Assembly (NCBI GenBank): GCA_964035545.1
Contig: OZ037770.1
Coordinates: forward strand, 14,932,642-14,996,641
DNA: 64,000 bases
Reading direction: 5' to 3'
Source: Bugula neritina
Taxonomy: Eukaryota; Animalia; Bryozoa
This document shows positions 27,472 through 44,769 of this stretch, piece after piece. The stretch's first letter is position 1. Each line of letters opens with the position of its first letter. The position numbers and the translations under genes are program-made. The notes beneath the pieces are model-generated. The model searched no databases and had not been told where the DNA came from. It saw only the letters and a program-made list of their open reading frames with translations.

Positions 27472-29227
27472 AAGCTGTAGAGCCTTTGCTGGTAAACCCG
27501 GACTGCCCATGTAGACTCTTTATCTCCTACATCCGGGCCAACATACCTCTAATAGATGCCTACGAGATGCACAACGGGGAAGATGGTGAGCTCTCTTAAT
27601 ACTGCTGTCTCTACAATTTGAGTGCTGACTCTACTTAGCTACAAAACATTTAGTTACATTTGGTGCACATGTGTTTTATTATTAGAGCAAAGCTTAACAT
27701 TGAAAGATTTTCAGCTATTTATAGCTGTTGGAATTGGACGTATACTCAATAAGTTGGAAAAACCAACACATAGTTTTTCCGATTTTTCATAAAATGAGAC
27801 CTCATTTAGGACTGTAGAAATGGCTATTAAGAAAAGTGTTTTGTTGAATTTCATTGCCCTTCACTGTTGATGAAATTCTACTTTAACAATTAGATAACAA
27901 ATCATATCAAAGATGGTTTTAATTTCAATTAGTTTTATGATATAAACCTTGTCTAAATAAGTTTTAAGAGAGATGAGAAAATAGTCAAAATTAACTTTTT
28001 CATTTTTTTATCTCTAGCATAGTTGTTGAACTTAAGCTTTGAAAACATAATACTACGAGTATATTATGCTTTGCTGAAAAGCTTATTAACAATGAAACTG
28101 AATACCAATATTACTGAAGATAATTCTTCGTTTTGTTGTAGGATTAAATACTTCTACCATAAATACAGCTATCTGTTAAGGCTTTTTTTATCTCAGGTCC
28201 ATGGCTGTTAGACTTGTGCGATGAACATGGAAATCTAAAGAATCTTCCTGAAAAGTCTCTACTAGAAAACCTAAGCTCAATGTTTGAACACCGCGGGATT
28301 TATATCCCTATACTAGTTGCTAGTAGGTGTTGTGAAGTTGTTGCGTCGCAATTGTCACGTTGTAACAAAATCTGTTGCAGGATTTTAAGTTTTAATTTTG
28401 CTTATAATGCTGTTGGTAACTTGAAATGTAGATTTTATATATTCTGATGAAAATTTTCAAAGCAATAATATTATGCAGACAACTCATATATTATTATATT
28501 ATAGAAACAATTATTATATTATTGTCATATTATAGAAACAATTATTATATTATTGTCATATTATAGAAACAATTATTATATTATTGTCATATTATAAAGA
28601 CAATATTATATTATTATTATTATTATTATTATAGAAACAGTTATTATATTATTGTTATATTATAAATATAGTTCTTATATTGTTATTATATTATAGAGAC
28701 GCCTGATGGTCACTACAAGAACCTTATACCACTTGTTGAGGATGTCAGTGCTGAAATGGATAGTAAGTAAATTACAATAACAGGTGCTCGTTACTAATAA
28801 CTAATACCTGGTGTTGTTTACTCATGAAACGTTGGATGGATTTGGTGTACTTTAAGCATTTGTGTTACAATTTTAACTTATAATTACAATAGCAAGCTTT
28901 TTTTTAATTTGAAATTGAAATTGAAGCCCATATACGAATATTTTATTAATTGAACATGAAATAGTAAGATATGCTGTATTTTAACTATTGTCAGCTGCCA
29001 TCTATGCACTATTGCCATAAATATATTTCATAGAGAGGCTGAAAAAGTATCTCAGAATAAAAGGAAAGGGTGCCAAGTTTGATGATCACTCTAAGAGCAC
29101 CAGTCCATCGTCTCTTCGGGGGCCCAGAAAATCAGATAATCTCCGTAAAGATGTTTCCTCAACATCCGTGTCTGAAGTCTCTATAAAACGAGATAAAAAG
29201 AGTAAATCTGCCCACCGGCACAAATAG
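27472..29227 (+). CDS. CXorf65 / C22orf15-family uncharacterized protein; 5' exons uncertain (candidates 26700-26705 and 27302-27350)
   Basis: Phase-1 exons 27472-27585 (AVEPLLVNPDCPCRLFISYIRANI...), 28197-28322 (PWLLDLCDEHGNLKNLP...MFEHRGIYIPILVA), 28697-28762 (TPDGHYKNLIPLVEDVSAEMD) and 29034-29227 (basic low-complexity tail). LVNxxC...YIR...DLC(D/E)xxG...RxxY...PL matches my recollection of this family. Confidence 0.75.
28487..28700 (+). repeat. About 31-bp AT-rich minisatellite repeating the acceptor context ATTATAG|A
   Basis: TATTATATTATTGTCATATTATAGAAACAAT units leading up to the true acceptor at 28696. Confidence 0.8.
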
Positions 29228-31117
29228 TGCTTTTGTATTTACGGAATCAAACAAAATAAATATCCTTGCAATGTTTGGCACACATGACTATAATCCTGTG
29301 ACTACAATTTGGTATCATATCTTTGTCACATGACAGGTACATGACACCAGCATATTATAATGACACAACTTCTAATCAAGCTGACACAAGACATGGTGCT
29401 TTGCTAGGCCAGCCACCTACACATACGTGCATATGCCGTCAGTTTGCATTGGCACAGAAATCAATTTGTATTAAATTTGATGCTGCAACAAGTACTTGTG
29501 CGACACTTGTGGCAGGTACTTGTAATATGACATTTGTAACACATGCTTGTAAAAGCTAGATTGACAGCACTTGACGAATTGAATTAATTTTTAAGTAATA
29601 ATCGAAAAATATACTATCTGCATCCAATATGAAGAGGCATAACTATAACTGGGTGTTATTCAACAAAATACAACCATCCACCTTTAGCATTGAATTCTAG
29701 TAATGCAATATATGTGCAAATTGGATAGCGTTGAGACCGTGTGGGTCTGTAGCAGCAGGTTCATAGTGTGATGCTCATGAGACGAGGTCTAGTTCCTAGA
29801 CCCAGGAGTAACAAAACAGATATGATTACCATATTTCCCTCTATAGGTTTGTTAATATTTATACTAACATAATGCTACTGTTTGCCTATAAGGAAATGCT
29901 AGATGAACTAAATTTATAAACTGACATTATCCTTCTGCAATTTACACTCCCACACCCTCAGCTGTAGCGTAGACTGTCCTCAGCCTGCTATTACGTCTCC
30001 CTCCAATCGATAGGAGAGCCGTGATGTAATGAGATATCACAGCTAGCTGATGCTAAACTTAAATTAGCTATTGATTGAAGTCTGTTTAAGCACCTTTAGC
30101 TAAACTAATGCATAATTAGCAATGGAGCTTATGCTAAACCTGGTATAATCTTTTTGCTTATTAGCCCTTTGATTCCTCTCAAGTGAAAATGTATCCTGTG
30201 ATTAAATACATCATATTTTAATTAAGAAAATAAATCTATAAACTTTTTCTGCAAACTATTTTTAAGCTAATGCTGGTATCTTCACTGGCAATGATGAGAT
30301 TAGACTTGCAGCAAAAGTTAAAGTAATTTAAGGTTCTTTGGCATCTATAATTTTTTTTCTAAATCTTTAAAATTTAATATTTAGTTTGCTACAAATTATT
30401 TAATATCTAAAAATTTGTCGAGTTGAAAAATTTTAGCAGGTAATTTAAACAAAACTTGAAGTGTGCGTGTGCAGCGTGCAGTGTGTGTGTGTGTGTGTTG
30501 GTAGCCTAAAAAGATGAAGCATTTTGCAGCTCCTACAATTTCAAGCCTAATTTCTTCACTTGTTGAACAAAACTCAATTGTAAGTTGCCTTGTAAGTTTT
30601 GCACTCTCTTTTAAACACCCTTGCATTCAGGTTGATAGAAATTTGATTGATTCAAACCTGTAAGCTGGCAGAAGATTTATGTAGATTAGCGTGATTGAGT
30701 TACAATAGGATCGTCTCAATGGGCCATTTGTTTGTTATAGACATGAGTACGTGCGCGCTGAGGTCTGTATTGATTTGAATTGTTCAGTTTAGAAAAACAT
30801 GGCAGTTAATGTCATTGGGATGACAAGCACTAGTGTTATCCAATTATTCTAACTTGAAGTATGATGAGACGAATATTAGCCAATCAGAGTCGAAAGACTG
30901 GCTAGTTATTGAATCAGTTATTTGTGTACTGGTAGGGAAGCAGCGTGAAAACATTGTTTGTGTACTTCTAATTAGCACCTCGCCCTGGCAACTTCAGCTG
31001 TTTCAATCTGCAAACTTACTTTGTGAAAGAAATCCTTAGCTTACTTCACTCACATGGACGGGTGGACCGTGAGCAGTCCACAATGTGATAATCATTCGGA
31101 ATAAAGGAACTTCTGAC

Positions 31118-34100
31118 ATGAAAATAACTATTCTAGGAGTATTCATAGCTTTAGATCTCTACCAAATAAGTTCTGACAGTGTAACGGCTCCGTTTACTTT
31201 GGAGAACTCGACTTCAACCTACCAGGAAATTTCACCAGGTATGGCTCTACTAGTCACCTATTTTATTATTAGGGAATAAATTGAGTTGCATTTGTGATTT
31301 CAATACTCGTTTGCTTTTATACAAATGTAGTTCTTTTCTTAAGCGAATTCTCTTGACCCATAAAGTCACTGGTTATAGTTATAAATCCTGTTTTATGAAC
31401 TCTACAAGTTGTGTATAGTTGCTCGCTCAACTTCTCTGTTAAAGAAGAAATTTAATAATTTAACTAGTAAAGCTTTTATGAGTAAAAGCTCTTGGCAATA
31501 TATTTTAGAATATTCGAATTATAATAAACTGTATTCCACCACAGTACCAGTTGGTTCACCACATTTCTTGAGTTCTAGATAGATAACACGGCGTTTTGTA
31601 AAAATTATCCCTAATTTGCTTTGCTTCTCTAACTAATTTGCATGCAGTAACAAAGTGTTTTACAAGCTAGTGACTAATGAAGCAATAAACAACATCACTC
31701 AAAAGCTTTCATTGTTCAAAGTTAAAAAGTAATTCCACCAATGCTCCAAATTTTTTATAATAATTATTGTTAAATTGCATCAGCTGATATTTTCCTGCAC
31801 TGTCATTGGGTCTGCAGAGTATTACATTCATTTCACGATTTCAAGACTGAAGACAATTTAAGTGCATGTTCTGTAAATTCATAGTGATGAGTGACCGAGA
31901 AGTGTAAAATGCAAACAATGTAACATAGAACTCTCTAGAGTCTAGGGTCGTTTAACATCAGACACTCTCAGCACAACTGATCAACAGCTTTCACAGCTGC
32001 GCTACTTTTCTCAGCTTCTCAGCTGGTTTGAACAAATTTTTATAAATAATTGATCGTAATTAATTATAGTTAACACACAACTATAATTTGCATATTGATA
32101 TTACAAGTGGCTAGCTGCAGCACGTAGTTAAACTGTAATGCAATAAGTACAGCTACTATACTGTCGTCTTTTCTTTATGTGTTATACTGGCTGTGAAGAT
32201 ACTGACATTTTGTCATCTATAACATGCAAGTGTCTGTTCGTGTTTATAACAACATTTGCACTGCAAACCCTTGGCTTATCATATTTTTATACTTTTTGAG
32301 ATTTAATGTTAAAAAACTTAGATTTAAATTAAGTGCATAGACGAACTTTTAAAAATAGTTATAATTATGTTCAAAAGCAATACACTTCTTTTATTTGGTT
32401 GCAGCAAACAAAAAAGACTTAAAATTATTGTATTTCATTCACTTTATGAAATTAGTTAACAAATAAAATTTGCTGCGTTGATTCCTGTAGATGTACACCT
32501 CATTTCCGCATCATGGTACACGGCTACGATTGGCTGGTCCAGTAATCTTGTATTCCTGAAGTTCATTGAGCTCCACTGCTCTCCACTGACTTCTAACTTA
32601 AAATTTAACACCAGTATCACATTGGACGGCTCCGTTTCTAACTACACACTAAAGGTATTTGTACTAGAGATCGGTTTATTGCAGGGAAGGGCAACTTCTA
32701 ATTGGTTGATTGCTGCCTTTTCTATTTCAAATAAAGAAGCTGAAAATTTGCTAAAACAGTTACGTGCAAACGAGCGGGACAATCAGTTAAAGTTTCAAAA
32801 TATATATTATTTGATTTGGTATAATATTCAACTACATAGCTCTAAATTTTAAACATTAAATAATCAAATCATCAGACTTTGAAAGTTTAAGTCCGTCTAT
32901 AATATTATAATTTTATTGTAAGAAAAATGTTTCGAAACTTGTGAGGGTTACTAAAACCTACTAAATGTTAGATTTTTACACTAACATTAGTTGTGTAATA
33001 GAAGCTTTTTATGCTCCAAAATATATTTCTTTATTTCATTAAATATAACATTATATTTCTATTTACATATTTTATTAAATATATATTTAACTATTTATAA
33101 CCCGTAGAGCCTATACCCAGCAGCCATCTATCAATTGCGTCTGGTCTTTCACTTCACTGACGGCATGGAATCTCTAGAGAGTAACATTCTGCACTTCAAG
33201 ACAGCTGCAGGTAAAGTTTTGTACTTCATTATAGCTGCAGGTAAAAACTACCTTAGCTTTACTCAGGCTATAACTTAGACTGAGAAAAAAGCAATTGTTG
33301 CAGTATTTTTATTTGTTTTGGAAATATTTATAAAGATTTAATAATTATTAATAATATATAAAGAAAGAAATGGGTTGCTTGCAGATTCTCTATGGCTTTC
33401 AGTTTTTGATTAATTGAAATCTTGAAGTTAATTGGTTTCAATAAATAAAGGGTCTTAAAATATACTGCTATGTAAAGTATGACAGAACAAATTATTGCAG
33501 TATCAATTGATCTTCCATGATGCAGTAAAGGATCCAATTACTGCCCTTCTATATTATTAGGCCTACAAATGATAACAAACATATAGCTATTTGGTATTAG
33601 TTATATAATAATAAACTATTCTAAAAAATAATGTCATAATTTATCATATTAAATAACTTGTTTATAATTTTAGCATGCTATACTAAATTGCTGTGTTTTA
33701 TTATGTCATTATAGTATATCATTATATAATGAAAAGAAATATTATATAATAAAAAAATGCAGTATAAGTTGTAATACTTATAGATAACTTATTAATATAT
33801 ACTATATAATATAACATAAGATAATATATAATATAATATAATATGAATATGGTTCAAGAGTTTAAAGATTGAGATACCTGAAATGCATGTGAATTACAAA
33901 TTACATTAATAATGAAACACGAATGTGTAGTGAAATAATGCAATACAGCCTGGAGAGTGATAAAATGTTAACAACCTGATGATATAATGAAGGATAGAAA
34001 TCTAGTAGCGGTGATATGCAGGGCAACTGCTGCAAACCACTGCATTTCCTGTTTGACTACAAACACTTGCACAATATTACACACTGCTGACTTTGTGCTG

Positions 34101-36038
34101 ACACAATACTATACACTGCTGACTTAGTGCTGACACAATACTACACACTGCTGACTTTGTGCTGACACAATACTACACACTGCTGACTTAGTGCTGACAC
34201 AATACTACACACTGCTGACTTTGTGCTGACACAATACTACACACTGCTGACTTCATACTGACACAGTATTACACACTGCTGACTTTGTGCTGACACAATA
34301 CTACACACTGCTGACTTCATACTGACACAATATTACACACTGCTGACTTTGTGCTGACACAATACTACACACTGCTGGCTGAATAGTTTACCAAAGAAGT
34401 AGGCAATCTGTATTTAAGTATTTGAGATGACATGGGAGAAGTGAATGAGGCATGTAGAAACAAAGCTCGTTTCTAGGCACATCTTGTAACCTATATACTA
34501 GTCAAGTTGTTTGACTAAAACGTCATCATGTTGATGAGAAAAGATTAAAACTAAATAACAGACATGCTGTATTGGGAAACTGCTTTATTCAGCACTGTCA
34601 GCTGTCACATCTTCATTATTATATAAGGGAGGGGCTTACATACCAGCATACTGCATATCTATAGAATATGTAGTGTGTCATCTCGAAATTATTATAAAGT
34701 AAACTCGCACATGTTTATAGTCACTACACACTACACACTACATACTACACACTGTACACTACACACTATACACTACACACACATCACTACACACTATATA
34801 CTACACGCTACGCACAAATCACTACACACTACATACTACACGCTACATACTACACACTACATACTATATACTATACACTATACACTATACACTACACACT
34901 ACATACTACACACTATATACTACACACTACACACTATATACTACACACTACTGGTTGAAATTCTTGCTATAAAGTAACTTCCTTTGCTGCATTTCTAGTC
35001 TAGAACCTGGGCTTTTCTAAATCTCTCCATTGCTGAACTTAATAATATACACCCTGTTTTAGTTTTCACTATGCAGTTCAGTTATATGTGTTGCAGTCCC
35101 AGCTAACATTGCGCAGACATTGCTGCTGAGTCAAGCTGTAGACATCGTTCTTATTGGGTGTTTGCTGACGTTTTGGGGCGCGGCTTGCTGCGGATTCTAC
35201 AGGCAATGGAGCTCCTTCCACATTCAACTGCCTAACAGATATACTCATTATAAAAGTGCGCCAAAAGGGCTGGAGCATGTCAAGGTATAATAATATAACA
35301 TTATATGCTTACAAACTTAAATTGTGAAATTACAGTTGCGCGCATCAACAAAATAATTCAAATATCATATACAGTGCTGTAAATTCTTTTTGAGAGGTAG
35401 GTGCAGTAATGGAGAAATTGAGAAAAGCCTGTGTTCTAGATTAGAAATGTAGCAAAAGAAATTATGCTCCCATAAGAGTTTCAACCTGCGCCTCAAACTA
35501 AAATTTGTAAAGAAATCTAAAGAACTTAGGTTATTTCAATTTCTCCACTACTGCTTCTAAATGCTATAATATACATAATAGTTCATTCAATAAACATGGA
35601 GAAGACAACTCTGTAGCACTACATATAATATATATAGTACTACAGAGTTGCCTTCTCAATGAATGAACATTTATTCGCTAAGCTCACACTGGACTTTTAT
35701 TACAAATATTGGAACATTTTTAGTTTTAAAATGCTTGCAATACAACATCACATTAAGCATGACTACTTTTCATAAACTCAGTATTATACAATTGTTATTG
35801 CAATATTTATTGTTGATTGTTCGGCATGTGCTAACATTTGTAGGTTGTCGGAAGGACACAAGACAGCATTATATATCGGGGCCATAATCGGTCTATGAGC
35901 ACAAAAATTGTTGAGAGAAATCGTAAATTAGCCCGAATGCACACATCTCCGGCGGCTATGGTTGAACTACGAAACACGACTCTAGACATCGCTGTTGGAA
36001 AACCTGATTATAAACGAAGGAGCACGACTCTACTCTAG
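31118..36038 (+). CDS. FNDC4/FNDC5 (irisin precursor)-like single-FN3 type I membrane protein, about 256 aa, 5 exons
   Basis: Exons 31118-31238, 32491-32654, 33108-33210, 35097-35284 (or in-frame acceptor 35082) and 35844-36038 join in frame. Product: weak signal peptide, one FN3 (TATIGW...YTLKSLYPAAIYQLRL...SLESNILHFKT), TM DIVLIGCLLTFWGAACCGFYRQW with the same L..W......F.RQ(Y/W) spacing as FNDC5 EVLIIVVVLFMWAGVIALFCRQY, then a cytosolic tail. A 16-codon uORF sits at 31054-31104. Confidence 0.8.
34070..34378. repeat. 32-bp minisatellite (ACACAATACTACACACTGCTGACTTTGTGCTG), about 9.5 copies
   Basis: Period 32 read directly; intron 3 of the FNDC-like gene. Confidence 0.95.
34722..34951. repeat. 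(ACACT)n pentamer microsatellite
   Basis: Direct reading. Confidence 0.9.
35398..35559. mobile_element. Short MITE-like element with imperfect terminal inverted repeats and TA flanks; a partial inverted copy lies at 34953-35038
   Basis: Left end TA-GGTGCAGTAATGGAGAAATTGA versus reverse complement of right end TA-GAAGCAGTAGTGGAGAAATTGA. Confidence 0.6.
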
Positions 36039-37129
36039 TGAAAAGACAGAATTACTTCATAACTGAGTCACAATCTTAAGAAACTTTTCGTAAAAACATT
36101 CATGTTGAACTTTTGATAGAAATTATTTATATCACTTGGAGCACTGCACAAGATTTTTAAATAGAAGATGACTTTCATGTTTATATTCTTATATAATATA
36201 TTATTATGATAGCTTTATTATATATTTATGATAATTTATATTGATGAAACACATGTCTATGTACATAACTTGAAAGATACAAAAACATTATAATTTTGAG
36301 TTGCCTTTGATTCTATTTACTATACACCATATTATATTAAGAAAATTTGCGGTATTTAATCATATTATCAAAAAATTTGAATTTCTTTTGCTGAATTCAT
36401 ATAATACAATGTTTAATGAATAAAATTAAAGTTTAAATGTTATTTAGATATTTTGCATTACTTATAACTTATTTTGCTAAAAAAATTACATAGTTTTACA
36501 TGGTTTTTAGCAGATAAATGTATCATTTATGCTAAAATGTATATACATCAATATAAAACTAAAATGAGTTGTAAAAATGACAATTGTTTTGATTCTTTTT
36601 TACTAAAATTATAAAATTAAGAAAAAGAATAAAAAACAACTGTTAAAATATTTATAAAATAAATAGTAGAATCTATGCATAGAATATTCTGCTAATCAAC
36701 AATATAATAATTGCTTGCAACTTTTAAAAGCATATCTTTAGACAGAAAATAGAGGAAAAACATTACCTAGGTAAAAAAAGAAATATAATACCTGTCAAAA
36801 GCCACTTGCAAAACCTTAGTGCACATAGACATAAACAAAACAGCTAGTATATTATTTACAAAAGTCAAAAATGCAATAACATTTAATGTTTTGCTTTCAG
36901 TATCATAACTTGCAAGAAAAAGCACAACCTCTCAAATACTTTTTTACACTGCATGTGCTAATTAAAACGTCAGTTACTTATTTTACAAAATCGGTTGCAA
37001 TGATTTTGAGTTACTTATTGGCAGAGGGCATAAAAATACTGTTGGTCAAAACTGATGCTAGTAGTTAAACTTAGTACTAGTACTGGTACTAGTTGATTCA
37101 GTTGGTAAGTAAGTCAGTTTGAGACTATA

Positions 37130-37629
37130 TCACGTTTCATCTTCTGATAGAGTCATATTGCCTATACGACAAGCAATCACCAAGCCAAACCATGAAAAGG
37201 TGGTTATGATGCCTCCAGGAATCCAGAGTGGTGTTAGTGGCAGCTGATGAATGGTGCTCGCTACAACGATGACCTACTCTGTTGAGAAGTCATGACCAGC
37301 AACTTTCCTATTTCAACCACTGAATTAAAGAGTTAAATTTCAAAATTCATGCTTCAATGATTTCAACTATGCATGAGAAAATATGCTGCAACTTTATAGT
37401 TTAAAAGCTCAAACAAATTTACTATTGTCTATTTAGATAATTTAATATATTATGAACTTGACTTACCTGTTAAGTTAAAACTCAGCGCCAGACAGTTCAG
37501 TAGCAGTACAGATCCCCAAACAAAGTAATACAGGGCTATCCACCTGCTATCTTCAACATTACATCTGTTTAATGTAAAACTGAATCCAATTGGTTGATGA
37601 GATGAATCATTTTCAGGCTCGTCCTCCAT
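37130..37629 (-). CDS. Putative orphan 97-aa protein with two hydrophobic helices
   Basis: Exon 37629-37467 ends at a strong CAG|GTAAGT donor; a phase-matched acceptor at 37260 gives ...WIALYYFVWGSVLLLNCLALSFNLTASTIHQLPLTPLWIPGGIITTFSWFGLVIACRIG...*. Both exons are GC-richer than the flanks. No family recognised. Confidence 0.4.
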
Positions 37630-38029
37630 TGACAGCTTCCCTCAGCCCTTAAAATATGCACATCGAATTTAATGTAGGCAAAGATTAGCAATTGAGTGTT
37701 TAAAAAAATATTTCAAATTTTTAAGGTTGAAGCTCATTATAAAAAGCTAAATTGTTCTGTGCAGTTCAGGTTTTAACATTTAAGTACGAGCTTAAACCCA
37801 TTAATTATTATCTGCAAGTTGAGAACTCTGAATTATACAACACATCAAGTTCTAAGGCATCGACTTTGCTTTGTATATAAACTTTAGTTTATCGTCCACT
37901 CGCATAAGAAAATAATTTTGATGTAGTACCACTTTTACTTTTTTTATACAAATATACTCAAATTCAAAACACTTATATGTTTTAATTATATAGTTATATA
38001 GGTAATTTAGAATAAAAGTAAAGAAAACA

Positions 38030-38100
38030 TGCAGTGGTCGTAATGATAAGAGCACTAGCCCTATATGTGTGCTAATCATGGATTCGAATCCCTGCAGAGC
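38030..38100 (+). mobile_element. Degenerate tRNA-derived SINE head
   Basis: A-box-like TGGTCGTAATG and B-box-like GATTCGAATCCC. Confidence 0.4.
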
Positions 38101-39700
38101 TGTTAAGGATGTTATAATCAGCTTATCAGATCAGAATCAAGCAGTTGGCACAGCATGCAATGAACAATTCAGGTATCACCAGAGTTTGGGGGCGTTTACA
38201 GTAAACTGCAGTTTATCAAATGTTTCAACCTACTCAGCATTGTTTTTGCTTTCAAGGTTAACGTAACAAGCAAAATTCAATTTCTGATTTCAGTGACTGG
38301 CTATACCTAAATAATGCCTATATAGCTGTTACTTTAGATTAATGAGAAAATGATTGAGAATACTCTATAGTCTTTCTACAGTCTTGATTCTTGTTTGTAG
38401 GTTGGTGTTATTACAGAGAACTGTTTATGTTAGTATGGCAAGAGAAACTATAGGGCAGATTTGCTTCCTGGAAAGTTTGAAGTGCAAAGGAAAATAAAGT
38501 AAACTACACATTTACAAGTAATTGTAATTATAAAGAAAAAAAAAGATATGTATTGACTAACCTTAACCAGTAACTTTTGCACCACACTACAGCCTTGTTC
38601 TTGTTCTAATAATTCACTACTGAGTATCAATGTGCATAAACAAAATGGGTATTATTGCTGTCTATTGTAACTCTTGAATATTGATTTGAAAGAGTTTGAA
38701 TCATCAGTTTGGATAACAAAAGAGTGTTGGCCTGTACAACAACAGCTCGATTGTTATCATATTTGTTTAAGAACAGTTAGCTTTATTCGGCTTTTTATAA
38801 TAATGTTTGCATTTGTCTACAAAAAGTCAATAAAAAACATTTAAACTTTGAATTGTTCTTGTCTCATAACGCTGTGTAGCATACCTCAAGCAAAGAATTC
38901 TAATTAACAACGTCCTAAGCACCAAAAGCGTTAGGTTGAATACAGTAATGTTTGGATACAAAATACGTTTTGTCCGCTATGTTTTAAGAAGACTTTGTAG
39001 TGCAAAGTGTGTAACGCAAGCTTACATAGCTTCTAGAATAGTTTTTATTTGCTTTATCTAATTTCTATTTTACAATTTTTTCAGAGAAAGAAAGCATATC
39101 TTGTTGGTCAGTTAGCAGAATAAGTATTGCCACACCACACTATTGCCATTTAAAATACATGCTAAGTTTAGCTTAGCTAAAGGCACGGATATAATAATTA
39201 TCAAAAAAATTCTTTAAAATTATACATAAGTAAGAGGAGCTTCGATTTGAGAAAAGGTCACACAAATTTTTCTTGGAGAATATATAGAATAAATGATCTC
39301 AGAAGACTGTGCATTGAGATCAAATAATGGTCGTAATAAGCCTTGCATTTAGATTATATTATATGGGTCACAAAAACTTTTCTTTGAGATCAAATAAAGG
39401 TCACAAAAGTTGGGATTTCCTAACTTCAAGTATTACTCACACCATCTTTCTTATTTGTTTACATCACTGCATTATTGCGGCAACTCTTTAGCTGAGGAGA
39501 TTTAAAGTTCTTTGATACTCAATTCACACAAGTTTTATTAATGGCCACACAATCTCACCTATTAAATTAAGTGATCGGGTTTTAGTTTATGACATAGAAA
39601 ACATGGGGGAGGAGGGAAAGGGTAACCAAACAAAGTTACCATTGATTATGTTTCTACTGTCAACAGGAATATGAGTGAATTGAGGTTAAATAATGTAGCC

Positions 39701-44109
<4,409 letters not shown>

Positions 44110-44769
44110 ATTTACACTCTACTCCACAACCACCTGCCTTCAACCATATGTTAGTTTGAATGTGTCATAAACTAACTAAGCTATTTTGGTAGTTATACTC
44201 AAGTATTGTGACGATAGTGTATAGATTTTCAGGACTGATAACACTTGCCAGGATTTCTCAACTATATTATATTCCTCTATAGCATCTGGTCTATTTCTGT
44301 ACTTGAAAACAGGTAATTGTTAGTTAAACACAATCTGTGTGCGTGCGTGTGAGTGTGTGTGAGTGTGTGTGTGTGTGTTATGTGTGTTATTTGGTTACAG
44401 TCTTCGTGATTTGCCGTCAGTCATAAACAGACTGCAAGAACCAACAGCAGTTCAATTTAAAACATTTCATACAAACAGAGCTGATGGATAGTTATAGATT
44501 TTATTATAGATATAAAATATTTTTATAAATTTTGTATAGACCCAGCCCCAGTTGAAAACTAGCATAACAATAAAATGCACTTTTTTTACAATCCAAAGGC
44601 AACCAAAAGCATATAAAATGGCAATACCAGAAATATGTTATATAAATATCAATTTTAAAATATACGAGTTCAAAAAAATCAAAATGCCATAAAAGGTCTT
44701 TAATGACTTGACCCATGGAATATAAATTCCTCAACAAAAGAACGATCTCGCATAACCAAGTAAAAGGAA

